Made by a program: the position numbers and the translations under genes. Shown here one piece after another: positions 30,001 to 45,000 of a DNA stretch of 64,000 bases. The first letter of the stretch is position 1, and every line of letters begins with the position of its first letter. This DNA is from Auanema rhodensis (Eukaryota > Animalia > Nematoda). Location of the stretch: positions 10,354,001-10,418,000 of the forward strand of contig OZ059895.1 of NCBI GenBank assembly GCA_964057225.1, written 5' to 3'. A model generated the notes under the pieces. It was not told the DNA's origin. It worked only from the letters and a program-made list of their open reading frames with translations, and searched no databases.

Positions 30001-33000
30001 TCAAGTTGAACCGGCCGCAAAACATGATTACTATGGATATATGCTTACAAAACCTAATTCATATCATCTAACAGTTCATTCTGAGTTAAGTGAGATGTTG
30101 CCCGTAATGTTAAGACTGAAAATAAAAGTAATACATTATTTAGTTTTTCTTAAAAATCGAACAAAATAGCAACTTGAGCCCGCCGTAAAATATGATTAAT
30201 ATATTTCTCTGCTAACAAAATTTGTTATACCTTTTCAAGCAACTAATTCTTAGTTAAATGAGATGTAGCACGTACTTCTAGGACAAGAAATAAAATTTGT
30301 AGAATATTTAATTTTTCATAAAAATCAAACGAAATATCAAGTTGAACCCACCGCAAAACATGATTACTATGGATATATGCTTACAAAACCTAATTCATAT
30401 CATCTAACAGTTCATTCTGAGTTAAGTGAGATGTTGCCCGTAATGTTAAGACTGAAAATAAAAGTAATACATTATTTAGTTTTTCTTAAAAATCGAACAA
30501 AATAGCAACTTGAGCCCGCCGTAAAATATGATTAATATATTTCTCTGCTAACAAAATTTGTTTTACTTTTTTAATCAACTAGTTTTTAGTCGAATGAGAT
30601 GTAGCACGTACTTCTAGGACAAGAAATAAAATTTTTAGAATTTTTAATTTTTCATAAAAATCAAACGAAATATCAAGTTGAACCCGCCGCAAAACATGAT
30701 TACTATGGATATATGCTTACAAAACCTAATTCATATCATCTTACAGTTCATTCTGAGTTAAGTGAGATGTTGCCCGTAATGTTAAGACTGAAAATAAAAG
30801 TAATACATTATTTAGTTTTTCTTAAAAATCGAACAAAATAGCAACTTGAGCCCGCCGTAAAATATGATTAATATGGTTCTGTGCTAACAAAATTTGTTAT
30901 ACCTTTTCAATCAACTAATTCTTAGTTAAATGAGATGTAGGACGTACTTCTAGGACAAGAAATAAAATTTTTAGAATATTTCATTTTTCATAAAAATCAA
31001 ACGAAATATCAAGTTGAACCCGCCGCAAAACATGATTACTATGGATATATGCTTACAAAACCAAAATTATATTATCAAACTGTCGATTTTCAGTTGAATA
31101 AGATGATGCACGTATTTCTAGGGCTAAAAATAAACATTATAAAATTTTTAATTTTTCATAAAAATCGAACAAAATAGCAACTTGAGCCCGCCGGAAAATA
31201 TGATTAATATGGTTCTGTGCTAACAAAATTTGTTATACCTTTTCAATCAACTAATTCTTAGTTAAATGAGATGTAGCACGTACTTCTAGGACAGGAAATA
31301 AAATTTTTAGAATATTTAATTTTTCATAAAAATCAAACGAAATAGCAAGTTCAGCCCGCCGCAAAACATGATTACTATGGATATATGCTTACAAAACCTA
31401 ATTTATATTGTCAAATAGTAAATTTTGAGTTGAATGAGATGTTGCACGTATTTCTAGGGCTAAAAATAAACATTTTAAAATTTTTAATTTTTCATAAAAA
31501 TGGAACAAAATAGCAACTTGAGCCCGCCGGAAAATATGATTAATATGGTTCTGTGCTAACAAAATTTGTTATAGCTTTTCAATCAACTAATTCTTAGTTA
31601 AATGAGATGTAGCACGTACTTCTAGGACAGGAAATAAAATTTGTAGAATATTTAATTTTTCATAAAAATCAAACGAAATATCAAGTTGAACCCACCGCAA
31701 AACATGATTACTATGGATATATGCTCACAAAACCTAATTTATATTATCAAATAGTTAATTTTGAGTTGAATGAGATGTTGCACGTATTTCTAGGGCTAAA
31801 AATAAACATTTAAAAAATTTTAATTTTTCATAAAAATCGAACAAAATAGCAACTTGAGCCCGCCGGAAAATATGATTTATATGGTTCTGTGCTAACAAAA
31901 TTTGTTATACCTTTTCAATCAACTAATTCTTAGTTGAATGAGATGTAGCACGTACTTCTAGGACAGGAAATAAAATTTTTAGAATATTTAATTTTTCATA
32001 AAAATCAAACGAAATAGCAAGTTCAGCCCGCCGCAAAACATGATTACTATGGATATATGCTTACAAAACCTAATTTATATTGTCAAATAGTAAATTTTGA
32101 GTTGAATGAGATGTTGCACGTATTTCTAGGGCTAAAAATAAACATTTTAAAATTTTTAATTTTTCATAAAAATGGAACAAAATAGCAACTTGAGCCCGCC
32201 GGAAAATATGATTAATATGGTTCTGTGCTAACAAAATTTGTTATAGCTTTTCAATCAACTAATTCTTAGTTAATAGAGATGTAGCACGTACTTCTAGGAC
32301 AGGAAATAAAATTTGTAGAATATTTAATTTTTCATAAAAATCAAACGAAATATCAAGTTGAACCCACCGCAAAACATGATTACTATGGATATATGCTTAC
32401 AAAACCTAATTTATATTATCAAATAGTTAATTTTGAGTTGAATGAGATGTTGCACGTATTTCTAGGGCTAAAAATAAACATTTAAAAAATTTTAATTTTT
32501 CATAAAAATCGAACAAAATAGCAACTTGAGCCCGCCGGAAAATATGATTAATATGGTTCTGTGCTAACAAAATTTGTTATTTCTTTTCAAACAACTAATT
32601 CTTAGTTAAATGAGATGTAGCACGTACTTCTAGGACAAGAAATAAAATTTGTAGAATATTTAATTTTTCATAAAAATCAAACGAAATATCAAGTTGAACC
32701 GGCCGCAAAACATGATTACTATGGATATATGCTTACAAAACCTAATTCATATCATCTAACAGTTCATTCTGAGTTAAGTGAGATGTTGCCCGTAATGTTA
32801 AGACTGAAAATAAAAGTAATACATTATTTAGTTTTTCTTAAAAATCGAACAAAATAGCAACTTGAGCCCGCCGTAAAATATGATTAATATGGTTCTGTGC
32901 TAACAAAATTTGTTATACCTTTTCAATCAACTAATTCTTAGTTAAATGAGATGTAGCACGTACTTCTAGGACAAGAAATAAAATTTTTAGAATATTTCAT

Positions 33001-36000
33001 TTTTCATAAAAATCAAACGAAATATCAAGTTGAACCCGCCGCAAAACATGATTACTATGGATATATGCTTACAAAACCTAATTCATATCATCTAACAGTT
33101 CATTCTGAGTTAAGTGAGATGTTGCCCGTAATGTTAAGACTGAAAATAAAAGTAATACATTATTTAGTTTTTCTTAAAAATCGAACAAAATAGCAACTTG
33201 AGCCCGCAGGAAAATATGATTAATATGGTTCTGTGCTAACAAAATTTGTTATAGCTTTTCAATCAACTAATTCTTAGTTAAGTGAGATGTAGCACGTACT
33301 TCTAGGACAGGAAATAAAATTTGTAGAATATTTAATTTTTCATAAAAATCAAACGAAATATCAAGTTGAACCCACCGCAAAACATGATTACTATGGATAT
33401 ATGCTTACAAAACCTAATTTATATTATCAAATAGTTAATTTTGAGTTGAATGAGATGTTGCACGTATTTCTAGGGCTAAAAATAAACATTTGAAAAATTT
33501 TAATTTTTCATAAAAATCGAACAAAATAGCAAATTGAGCCCGCAGGAAAATATGATTAATATGGTTCTGTGCTAACAAAATTTGTTATACCTTTTCAAGC
33601 AACTAATTCTTAGTTAAATGAGATGTAGCACGTACTTCTAGGACAAGAAATAAAATTTGTAGAATATTTAATTTTTCATAAAAATCAAACGAAATATCAA
33701 GTTGAACCCACCGCAAAACATGATTACTATGGATATATGCTTACAAAACCTAATTTATATTATCAAATAGTTAATTTTGAGTTGAATGAGATGTTGCACG
33801 TATTTCTAGGGCTAAAAATAAACATTTAAAAAATTTTAATTTTTCATAAAAATCGAACAAAATAGCAACTTGAGCCCGCCGGAAAATATGATTAATATGG
33901 TTCTGTGCTAACAAAATTTGTTATTTCTTTTCAAGCAACTAATTCTTAGTTAAATGAGATGTAGCACGTACTTCTAGGACAAGAAATAAAATTTGTAGAA
34001 TATTTAATTTTTCATAAAAATCAAACGAAATATCAAGTTGAACCCACCGCAAAACATGATTACTATGGATATATGCTTACAAAACCTAATTCATATTATC
34101 TAACAGTTCATTCTGAGTTAAGTGAGATGTTGCCCGTAATGTTAAGACTGAAAATAAAAGTAATACATTATTTAGTTTTTCTTAAAAATCGAACAAAATA
34201 GCAACTTGAGCCCGCCGTAAAATATGATTAATATATTTCTCTGCTAACAAAATTTGTTATACCTTTTCAAGCAACTAATTCTTAGTTAAATGAGATGTAG
34301 CACGTACTTCTAGGACAAGAAATAAAATTTGTAGAATATTTAATTTTTCATAAAAATCAAACGAAATATCAAGTTGAACCCACCGCAAAACATGATTACT
34401 ATGGATATATGCTTACAAAACCTAATTCATATCATCTAACAGTTCATTCTGAGTTAAGTGAGATGTTGCCCGTAATGTTAAGACTGAAAATAAAAGTAAT
34501 ACATTATTTAGTTTTTCTTAAAAATCGAACAAAATAGCAACTTGAGCCCGCCGTAAAATATGATTAATATATTTCTCTGCTAACAAAATTTGTTTTACTT
34601 TTTTAATCAACTAGTTTTTAGTCGAATGAGATGTAGCACGTACTTCCAGGACAAGAAATAAAATTTTTAGAATTTTTAATTTTTCATAAAAATCAAACGA
34701 AATAGCAAGTTGAACCGGCCGCAAAACATGATTACTATGGATATATGCTTACAAAACCTAATTCATATCATCTCACAGTTCATTCTGAGTTAAGAGAGAT
34801 GTTGCCCGTAATGTTAAGACTGAAAATAAAAGTAATACATTATTTAGTTTTTCTTAAAAATCGAACAAAATAGCAACTTGAGCCCGCCGTAAAATATGAT
34901 TAATATATTTCTCTGCTAACAAAATTTGTTATACCTTTTCAATCAACTAATTCTTAGTTAAATGAGATGTAGCACGTACTTCTAGGACAAGAAATAAAAT
35001 TTTTAGAATATTTCATTTTTCATAAAAATCAAACGAAATATCAAGTTGAACCCGCCCCAAAACATGATTACTATGGATATATGCTTACAAAACCTAATTT
35101 ATATTATCAAATAGTTAATTTTGAGTTGAATGAGATGTTGCACGTATTTCTAGGGCTAAAAATAAACATTTAAAAAATTTTAATTTTTCATAAAAATCGA
35201 ACAAAATAGCAAATTGAGCCCGCAGGAAAATATGATTAATATGGTTCTGTGCTAACAAAATTTGTTATACCTTTTCAAGCAACTAATTCTTAGTTAAATG
35301 AGATGTAGCACGTACTTCTAGGACAAGAAATAAAATTTGTAGAATATTTAATTTTTCATAAAAATCAAACGAAATATCAAGTTGAACCCACCGCAAAACA
35401 TGATTACTATGGATATATGCTTACAAAACCTAATTTATATTATCAAATAGTTAATTTTGAGTTGAATGAGATGTTGCACGTATTTCTAGGGCTAAAAATA
35501 AACATTTAAAAAATTTTAATTTTTCATAAAAATCGAACAAAATAGCAACTTGAGCCCGCCGGAAAATATGATTAATATGGTTCTGTGCTAACAAAATTTG
35601 TTATTTCTTTTCAAGCAACTAATTCTTAGTTAAATGAGATGTAGCACGTACTTCTAGGACAAGAAATAAAATTTGTAGAATATTTAATTTTTCATAAAAA
35701 TCAAACGAAATATCAAGTTGAACCCACCGCAAAACATGATTACTATGGATATATGCTTACAAAACCTAATTCATATCATCTAACAGTTCATTCTGAGTTA
35801 AGTGAGATGTTGCCCGTAATGTTAAGACTGAAAATAAAAGTAATACATTATTTAGTTTTTCTTAAAAATCGAACAAAATAGCAACTTGAGCCCGCCGTAA
35901 AATATGATTAATATATTTCTCTGCTAACAAAATTTGTTATACCTTTTCAAGCAACTAATTCTTAGTTAAATGAGATGTAGCACGTACTTCTAGGACAAGA

Positions 36001-39000
36001 AATAAAATTTGTAGAATATTTAATTTTTCATAAAAATCAAACGAAATATCAAGTTGAACCCACCGCAAAACATGATTACTATGGATATATGCTTACAAAA
36101 CCTAATTCATATCATCTAACAGTTCATTATGAGTTAAGTGAGATGTTGCCCGTAATGTTAAGACTGAAAATAAAAGTAATACATTATTTAGTTTTTCTTA
36201 AAAATCGAACAAAATAGCAACTTGAGCCCGCCGTAAAATATGATTAATATATTTCTCTGCTAACAAAATTTGTTATACCTTTTCAATCAACTAATTCTTA
36301 GTTAAATGAGATGTAGCACGTACTTCTAGGACAAGAAATAAAATTTTTAGAATATTTCATTTTTCATAAAAATCAAACGAAATATCAAGTTGAACCCGCC
36401 GCAAAACATGATTACTATGGATATATGCTTACAAAACCTAATTCATATCATCTCACAGTTCATTCTGAGTTAAGAGAGATGTTGCCCGTAATGTTAAGAC
36501 TGAAAATAAAAGTAATACATTATTTAGTTTTTCTTAAAAATCGAACAAAATAGCAACTTGAGCCCGCCGTAAAATATGATTAATATATTTCTCTGCTAAC
36601 AAAATTTGTTTTACTTTTTTAATCTACTAGATTTTAGTCGAATGAGATGTAGCACGTACTTCTAGGACAAGAAATAAAATTTTTAGAATTTTTAATTTTT
36701 CATAAAAATCAAACGAAATATCAAGTTGAACCGGCCGCAAAACATGATTACTATGGATATATGCTTACAAAACCTAATTCATATCATCTCACAGTTCATT
36801 CTGAGTTAAGAGAGATGTTGCCCGTAATGTTAAGACTGAAAATAAAAGTAATACATTATTTAGTTTTTCTTAAAAATCGAACAAAATAGCAACTTGAGCC
36901 CGCCGTAAAATATGATTAATATATTTCTCTGCTAACAAAATTTGTTATACCTTTTCAATCAACTAATTCTTAGTTAAATGAGATGTAGCACGTACTTCTA
37001 GGACAAGAAATAAAATTTTTAGAATATTTCATTTTTCATAAAAATCAAACGAAATATCAAGTTGAACCCGCCGCAAAACATGATTACTATGGATATATGC
37101 TTACAAATTTTTTTCGGTATTTCTAGGGCTAAAAATAAACATTTAAAAAATTTTAATTTTTCATAAAAATCGAACAAAATAGCAACTTAAGCCCGCCGGA
37201 AAATATGATTAATATGGTTCTGTGCTAACAAAATTTGTTATACCTTTTCAATACACTAATTCTTAGTTAAATGAGATGTAGCACGTACTTCTAGGACAGG
37301 AAATAAAATTCTTAGAATATTTAATTTTTCATAAAAATCAAACGAAATAGCAAGTTCAGCCCGCCGCAAAACATGATTACTATGGATATATGCTTACAAA
37401 ACCTAATTTATATTGTCAAATAGTAAATTTTGAGTTGAATGAGATGTTGCACGTATTTCTAGGGCTAAAAATAAACATTTTAAAAATTTTAATTTTTCAT
37501 AAAAATCGAACAAAATAGCAACTTGAGCCCGCAGGAAAATATGATTAATATGGTTCTGTGCTAACAAAATTTGTTATACCTTTTCAAGCAACTAATTCTT
37601 AGTTAAATGAGATGTAGCACGTACTTCTAGGACAAGAAATAAAGTTTGTAGAATATTTAATTTTTCATAAAAATCAAACGAAATATCAAGTTGAACCCAC
37701 CGCAAAACATGATTACTATGGATATATGCTTACAAAACCTAATTCATATCATCCAACAGTTCATTCTGAGTTAAGTGAGATGTTGCCCGTAATGTTAAGA
37801 CTGAAAATAAAAGTAATACATTATTTAGTTTTTCTTAAAAATCGAACAAAATAGCAACTTGAGCCCGCCGTAAAATATGATTAATATATTTCTCTGCTAA
37901 CAAAATTTGTTTTACTTTTTTAATCAACTAGTTCTTAGTCGAATGAGATGTAGCACGTACTTCTAGGACAAGAAATAAAATTTTTAGAATTTTTAAAAAT
38001 TTCATAAAAATCAAACGAAATAGCAAGTTGAACCGGCCGCAAAACATGATTACTATGGATATATGCTTACAAAACCTAATTCATATCATCTAACAGTTCA
38101 TTCTGAGTTAAGTGAGATGTTGCTCGTAATGTTAAGACTGAAAATAAAAGTAATACATTATTTAGTTTTTCTTAAAAATCGAACAAAATAGCAACTTGAG
38201 CCCGCCGTAAAATATGATTAATATAGTTCTCTGCTAACAAAATTTGTTTTACTTTTTTAATCAACTAATTTTCAGTTGAATGAGATGTAGCACGTACTTC
38301 TAGGACAAGAAATAAAATTTTTAGAATATTTAGTTTTTCATAAAAATCAAACGAAATATCAAGTTGAACCCACCGCAAAACATGATTACTATGGATATAT
38401 GCTTACAAAACCTAATTTATATTGTCAAATAGTAAATTTTGAGTTGAATGAGATGTTGCACGTATTTCTAGGGCTAAAAATAAACATTTTAAAATTTTTA
38501 ATTTTTCATAAAAATGGAACAAAATAGCAACTTGAGCCCGCCGGAAAATATGATTAATATGGTTCTGTGCTAACAAAATTTGTTATACCTTTTCAATCAA
38601 CTAATTCTTAGTTAAATGAGATGTAGCACGTACTTCTAGGACAAGAAATAAAATTTTTAGAATATTTCATTTTTCATAAAAATCAAACGAAATATCAAGT
38701 TGAACCCGCCGCAAAACATGATTACTATGGATATATGCTTACAAATTTTTTTCGGTATTTCTAGGGCTAAAAATAAACATTTAAAAAATTTTAATTTTTC
38801 ATAAAAATCGAACAAAATAGCAACTTAAGCCCGCCGGAAAATATGATTAATATGGTTCTGTGCTAACAAAATTTGTTATACCTTTTCAAGCAACTAATTC
38901 TTAGTTAAATGAGATGTAGCACGTACTTCTAGGACAAGAAATAAAATTTGTAGAATATTTAATTTTTCATAAAAATCAAACGAAATAGCAAGTTGAACCG

Positions 39001-42000
39001 GCCGCAAAACATGATTACTGTGGATATATGCTTACAAAACCTAATTCATATCATCTAACAGTTCATTCTGAGTTAAGTGAGATGTTGCCCGTAATGTTAA
39101 GACTGAAAATAAAAGTAATACATTATTTAGTTTTTCTTAAAAATCGAACAAGATAGCAACTTGAGCCCGCCGGAAAATATGATTAATATGGTTCTGTGCT
39201 AACAAAATTTGTTATACCTTTTCAATCAACTAATTCTTAGTTAAATGAGATGTAGCACGTACTTCTAGGACAAGAAATAAAATTTGTAGAATATTTAATT
39301 TTTCATAAAAATCAAACGAAATAGCAAGTTGAACCGGCCGCAAAACATGATTACTGTGGATATATGCTTACAAAACCTAATTCATATCATCTAACAGTTC
39401 ATTCTGAGTTAAGTGAGATGTTGCCCGTAATGTTAAGACTGAAAATAAAAGTAATACATTATTTAATTTTTCATAAAAATCGAACAAAATAGCAACTTAA
39501 GCCCGCCGGAAAATATGATTAATATGGTTCTGTGCTAACAAAATTTGTTATACCTTTTCAAGCAACTAATTCTTAGTTAAATGAGATGTAGCACGTACTT
39601 CTAGGACAAGAAATAAAATTTGTAGAATATTTAATTTTTCATAAAAATCAAACGAAATATCAAGTTGAACCCACCGCAAAACATGATTACTATGGATATA
39701 TGCTTACAAAACCTAATTCATATCATCTAACAGTTCATTTTGAGTTAAGTGAGATGTTGCCCGTAATGTTAAGACTGAAAATAAAAGTAATACATTATTT
39801 AGTTTTTCTTAAAAATCGAACAAAATAGCAACTTGAGCCCGCCGTAAAATATGATTAATATATTTCTCTGCTAACAAAATTTGTTTTACTTTTTTAATCA
39901 ACTACTTCTTAGTCGAATGAGATGTAGCACGTACTTCTAGGACAAGAAATAAAATTTTTAGAATTTTTAATTTTTCATAAAAATCAAACGAAATAGCAAG
40001 TTGAACCGGCCGCAAAACATGATTACTATGGATATATGCTTACAAAACCTAATTCATATCATCTAACAGTTCATTCTGAGTTAAGTGAGATGTTGCCCGT
40101 AATGTTAAGACTGAAAATAAAAGTAATACATTATTTAGTTTTTCTTAAAAATCGAACAAAATAGCAACTTAAGCCCGCCGGAAAATATGATTAATATGGT
40201 TCTGTGCTAACAAAATTTGTTATACCTTTTCAAGCAACTAATTCTTAGTTAAATGAGATGTAGCACGTACTTCTAGGACAAGAAATAAAATTTGTAGAAT
40301 ATTTAATTTTTCATAAAAATCAAACGAAATATCAAGTTGAACCCACCGCAAAACATGATTACTATGGATATATGCTTACAAAACCTAATTCATATCATCT
40401 AACAGTTCATTTTGAGTTAAGTGAGATGTTGCCCGTAATGTTAAGACTGAAAATAAAAGTAATACATTATTTAGTTTTTCTTAAAAATCGAACAAAATAG
40501 CAACTTGAGCCCGCCGTAAAATATGATTAATATGGTTCTGTGCTAACAAAATTTGTTATACCTTTTCAATCAACTAATTCTTAGTTAAATGAGATGTAGG
40601 ACGTACTTCTAGGACAAGAAATAAAATTTTTAGAATATTTCATTTTTCATAAAAATCAAACGAAATATCAAGTTGAACCCGCCGCAAAACATGATTACTA
40701 TGGATATATGCTTACAAAACCAAAATTATATTATCAAACTGTCGATTTTCAGTTGAATAAGATGATGCACGTATTTCTAGGGCTAAAAATAAACATTTTA
40801 AAATTTTTAATTTTTCATAAAAATCGAACAAAATAGCAACTTGAACCCACCGCAAAACATGATTACTATGGATATATGCTTACAAAACCTAATTCATATC
40901 ATCTAACAGTTCATTCTGAGTTGAGTGAGATGTTGCCCGTAATGTTAAGACTGAAAAAAAAAGTAATACATTATTTAGTTTTTCTTAAAAATCGAACAAA
41001 ATAGCAACTTGAGCCCGCCGGAAAATATGATTAATATATTTCTCTGCTAACAAAACTTGTTTTACTTTTTTAATCAACTAATTCTCAGTTGAATGAGATG
41101 TAGCACGTACTTCTAGGACAAGGAATAAAATTTTTAGAATATTTATTTTTTCATAAAAATCAAACGAAATATCAAGTTGAACCGGCCGCAAAACATGATT
41201 ACTATGGATATATGCTTACAAAACCAAATTTTTATCATCAAACTGTCGATTTTCAGTTGCATAAGATGATGCACGTATTTCTAGGGCTAAAAATAAACAT
41301 TTTAAAACTTTTAATTTTTCATAAAAATTGAACAAAATAGCAACTTGAGCCCGCCGGAAAATATGATTAATATATTTCTCTGCTAACAAAACTTGTTTTA
41401 CTTTTTTAATCAACTAATTCTCAGTTGAATGAGATGTAGCACGTACTTCTAGGACAAGAAATAAAATTTTTAGAATATTTATTTTTTCATAAAAATCAAA
41501 CGAAATATCAAGTTGAACCGGCCGCAAAACATGATTACTATGGATATATGCTTACAAAACCAAATTTTTATTATCAAACTGTCGATTTTCAGTTGCATAA
41601 GATGATGCACGTATTTCTAGGGCTAAAAATAAACATTTTAAAACTTTTAATTTTTCATAAAAATTGAACAAAATAGCAACTTGAGCCCGCCGGAAAATAT
41701 GATTAATATATTTCTCTGCTAACAAAACTTGTTTTACTTTTTTAATCAACTAATTCTCAGTTGAATGAGATGTAGCACGTACTTCTAGGACAAGAAATAA
41801 AATTTTTAGAATATTTATTTTTTCATAAAAATCAAACGAAATATCAAGTTGAACCGGCCGCAAAACATGATTACTATGGATATATGCTTACAAAACCAAA
41901 TTTTTATTATCAAACTGTCGATTTTCAGTTGCATAAGATGATGCACGTATTTCTAGGGCTAAAAATAAACATTTTAAAACTTTTAATTTTTCATAAAAAT

Positions 42001-45000
42001 TGAACAAAATAGCAACTGGAGCCCGCCGGAAAATATGATTAATATATTTCTGTGCTAACAAAATTTGTTTTACTCTTTTTAATCAACTAATTCTCAGTTG
42101 AATGAGATGTAGCACGTACTTCTAGGACAAGAAATAAATTTTTTAGAATATTTATTTTTTCATAAAAATCAAACGAAATAGCAAGTTGAACCTGCCGCAA
42201 AACATGATTACTATGGATATATGCTTACAAAACCAAAATTATATTATCACATTGTCGCTTTTCAGTTGAATAAGATGATGCACGTATTTCTAGGGCTGAA
42301 AATAAACATTTTAAAATTTTTCATAAAAATCGAACAAAATAGCAACTTGAGCCCGCCGGAAAATATGATTAATATGGTTCTGTGCTAACAAAATTTGTTA
42401 TAGCTTTTCAATCAACTAATTCTTAGTTAAATGAGATGTAGCACGTACTTCTAGGACAGGAAATAAAATTTGTAGAATATTTAATTTTTCATAAAAATCA
42501 AACGAAATATCAAGTTGAACCCACCGCAAAACATGATTACTATGGATATATGCTTACAAAACCTAATTTATATTATCAAATAGTTAATTTTGAGTTGAAT
42601 GAGATGTTGCATGTACTTCTAGGGCTAAAAATAAACATTTTAAAATTTTTAATTTTTCATAAAAATCGAACAAAATAGCAACTTGAGCCCGCCGGAAAAT
42701 ATGATTAATATGGTTCTGTGCTAACAAAATTTGTTTTTACTTTTTTTATCAACTAATTTTCAGTTGAATGAGATGTAGCACGTACTTCTAGGACAAGAAA
42801 TAAAATTTTTAGAATATTTAATTTTTCATAAAAATCAAACGAAATAGCAAGTTGAACCCGCCGCAAAACATGATTACTATGGATATATGCTTACAAAACC
42901 AAAATTATTTTATCAAACTGTCGATTTTCAGTTGAATAAGATGATGCACGTATTTCTAGGGCTAAAAATAAACATTTTAAAATTTTTAATTTTTCATAAA
43001 AATCGAACAAAATAGCAACTTGAGCCCGCCGTAAAATATGATTAATATATTTCTCTGCTAACAAAATTTGTTTTTACTTTTTTTATCAACTAATTTTCAG
43101 TTGAATGAGATGTAGCACGTACTTCTAGGACAAGAAATAAAATTTTTAGAATATTTCATTTTTCATAAAAATCAAACGAAATATCAAGTTGAACCCACCG
43201 CAAAACATGATTACTATGGATATATGCTTACAAAACCTAAATTATATTGTCAAATAGTAAATTTTGAGTTGAATGAGATGTTGCACGTATTTCTAGGGCT
43301 AAAAATAAACATTTTTAAAATTTTAATTTTTCATAAAAATCGAACAAAATAGCAACTTGAGCCCGCCGGAAAATATGATTAATATGGTTCTGTGCTAACA
43401 AAATTTGTTTTACTCTTTTTAATCAACTAATTCTCAGTTGAATGAGATGTAGAACGTACTTCTAGGACAAGAAATAAAATTTTTAGAATATTTATTTTTT
43501 CATAAAAATCAAACGAAATATCAAGTTGAACCCGCCGCAAAACATGATTACTATGGATATATGCTTACAAAACCTAATTCATATCATCTAACAGTTCATT
43601 CTGAGTTGAGTGAGATGTTGCCCGTAATGTTAAGACTGAAAATAAAAGTAATACATTATTTAGTTTTTCTTAAAAATCGAACAAAATAGCAACTTGAGCC
43701 TGCCGGAAAATATGATTAATATATTTCTCTGCTAACAAAACTTGTTTTACTTTTTTAATCAACTAATTCTCAGTTGAATGAGATGTAGCACGTACTTCTA
43801 GGACAAGAAATAAAATTTTTAGAATATTTATTTTTTCATAAAAATCAAACGAAATATCAAGTTGAACCGGCCGCAAAACATGATTACTATGGATATATGC
43901 TTACAAAACCAAATTTTTATCATCAAACTGTCGATTTTCAGTTGCATAAGATGATGCACGTATTTCTAGGGCTAAAAATAAACATTTTAAAACTTTTAAT
44001 TTTTCATAAAAATTGAACAAAATAGCAACTTGAGCCCGCCGGAAAATATGATTAATATATTTCTCTGCTAACAAAACTTGTTTTACTTTTTTAATCAACT
44101 AATTCTCAGTTGAATGAGATGTAGCACGTACTTCTAGGACAAGAAATAAAATTTTTAGAATATTTATTTTTTCATAAAAATCAAACGAAATATCAAGTTG
44201 AACCGGCCGCAAAACATGATTACTATGGATATATGCTTACAAAACCAAATTTTTATTATCAAACTGTCGATTTTCAGTTGCATAAGATGATGCACGTATT
44301 TCTAGGGCTAAAAATAAACATTTTAAAACTTTTAATTTTTCATAAAAATTGAACAAAATAGCAACTTGAGCCCGCCGGAAAATATGATTAATATATTTCT
44401 GTGCTAACAAAATTTGTTTTACTCTTTTTAATCAACTAATTCTCAGTTGAATGAGATGTAGCACGTACTTCTAGGACAAGAAATAAAATTTTTAGAATAT
44501 TTATTTTTTCATAAAAATCAAACGAAATAGCAAGTTCAGCCCGCCGCAAAACATGATTACTATGGATATATGCTTACAAAACCTAATTTATATTGTCAAA
44601 TAGTAAATTTTGAGTTGACTAAGATGATGCACGTATTTCTAGGGCTGAAAATAAACATTTTAAAACTTTTAATTTTTCATAAAAATTGAACAAAATAGCA
44701 ACTTGAGCCCGCCGGAAAATATGATTAATATATTTCTCTGCTAACAAAACTTGTTTTACTTTCTTAATCAACTAATTCTCAGTTGAATGAGATGTAGCAC
44801 GTACTTCTAGGACAAGAAATAAAATTTTTAGAATATTTATTTTTTCATAAAAATCAAACGAAATAGCAAGTTGAACCGGCCGCAAAACATGATTACTACG
44901 GATATATGCTTACAAAACCAAATTTGTATTATAAAACTGTCGATTTTCAGTTGACTAAGATGATGCACGTATTTCTAGGGCTGAAAATAAACATTTTAAA

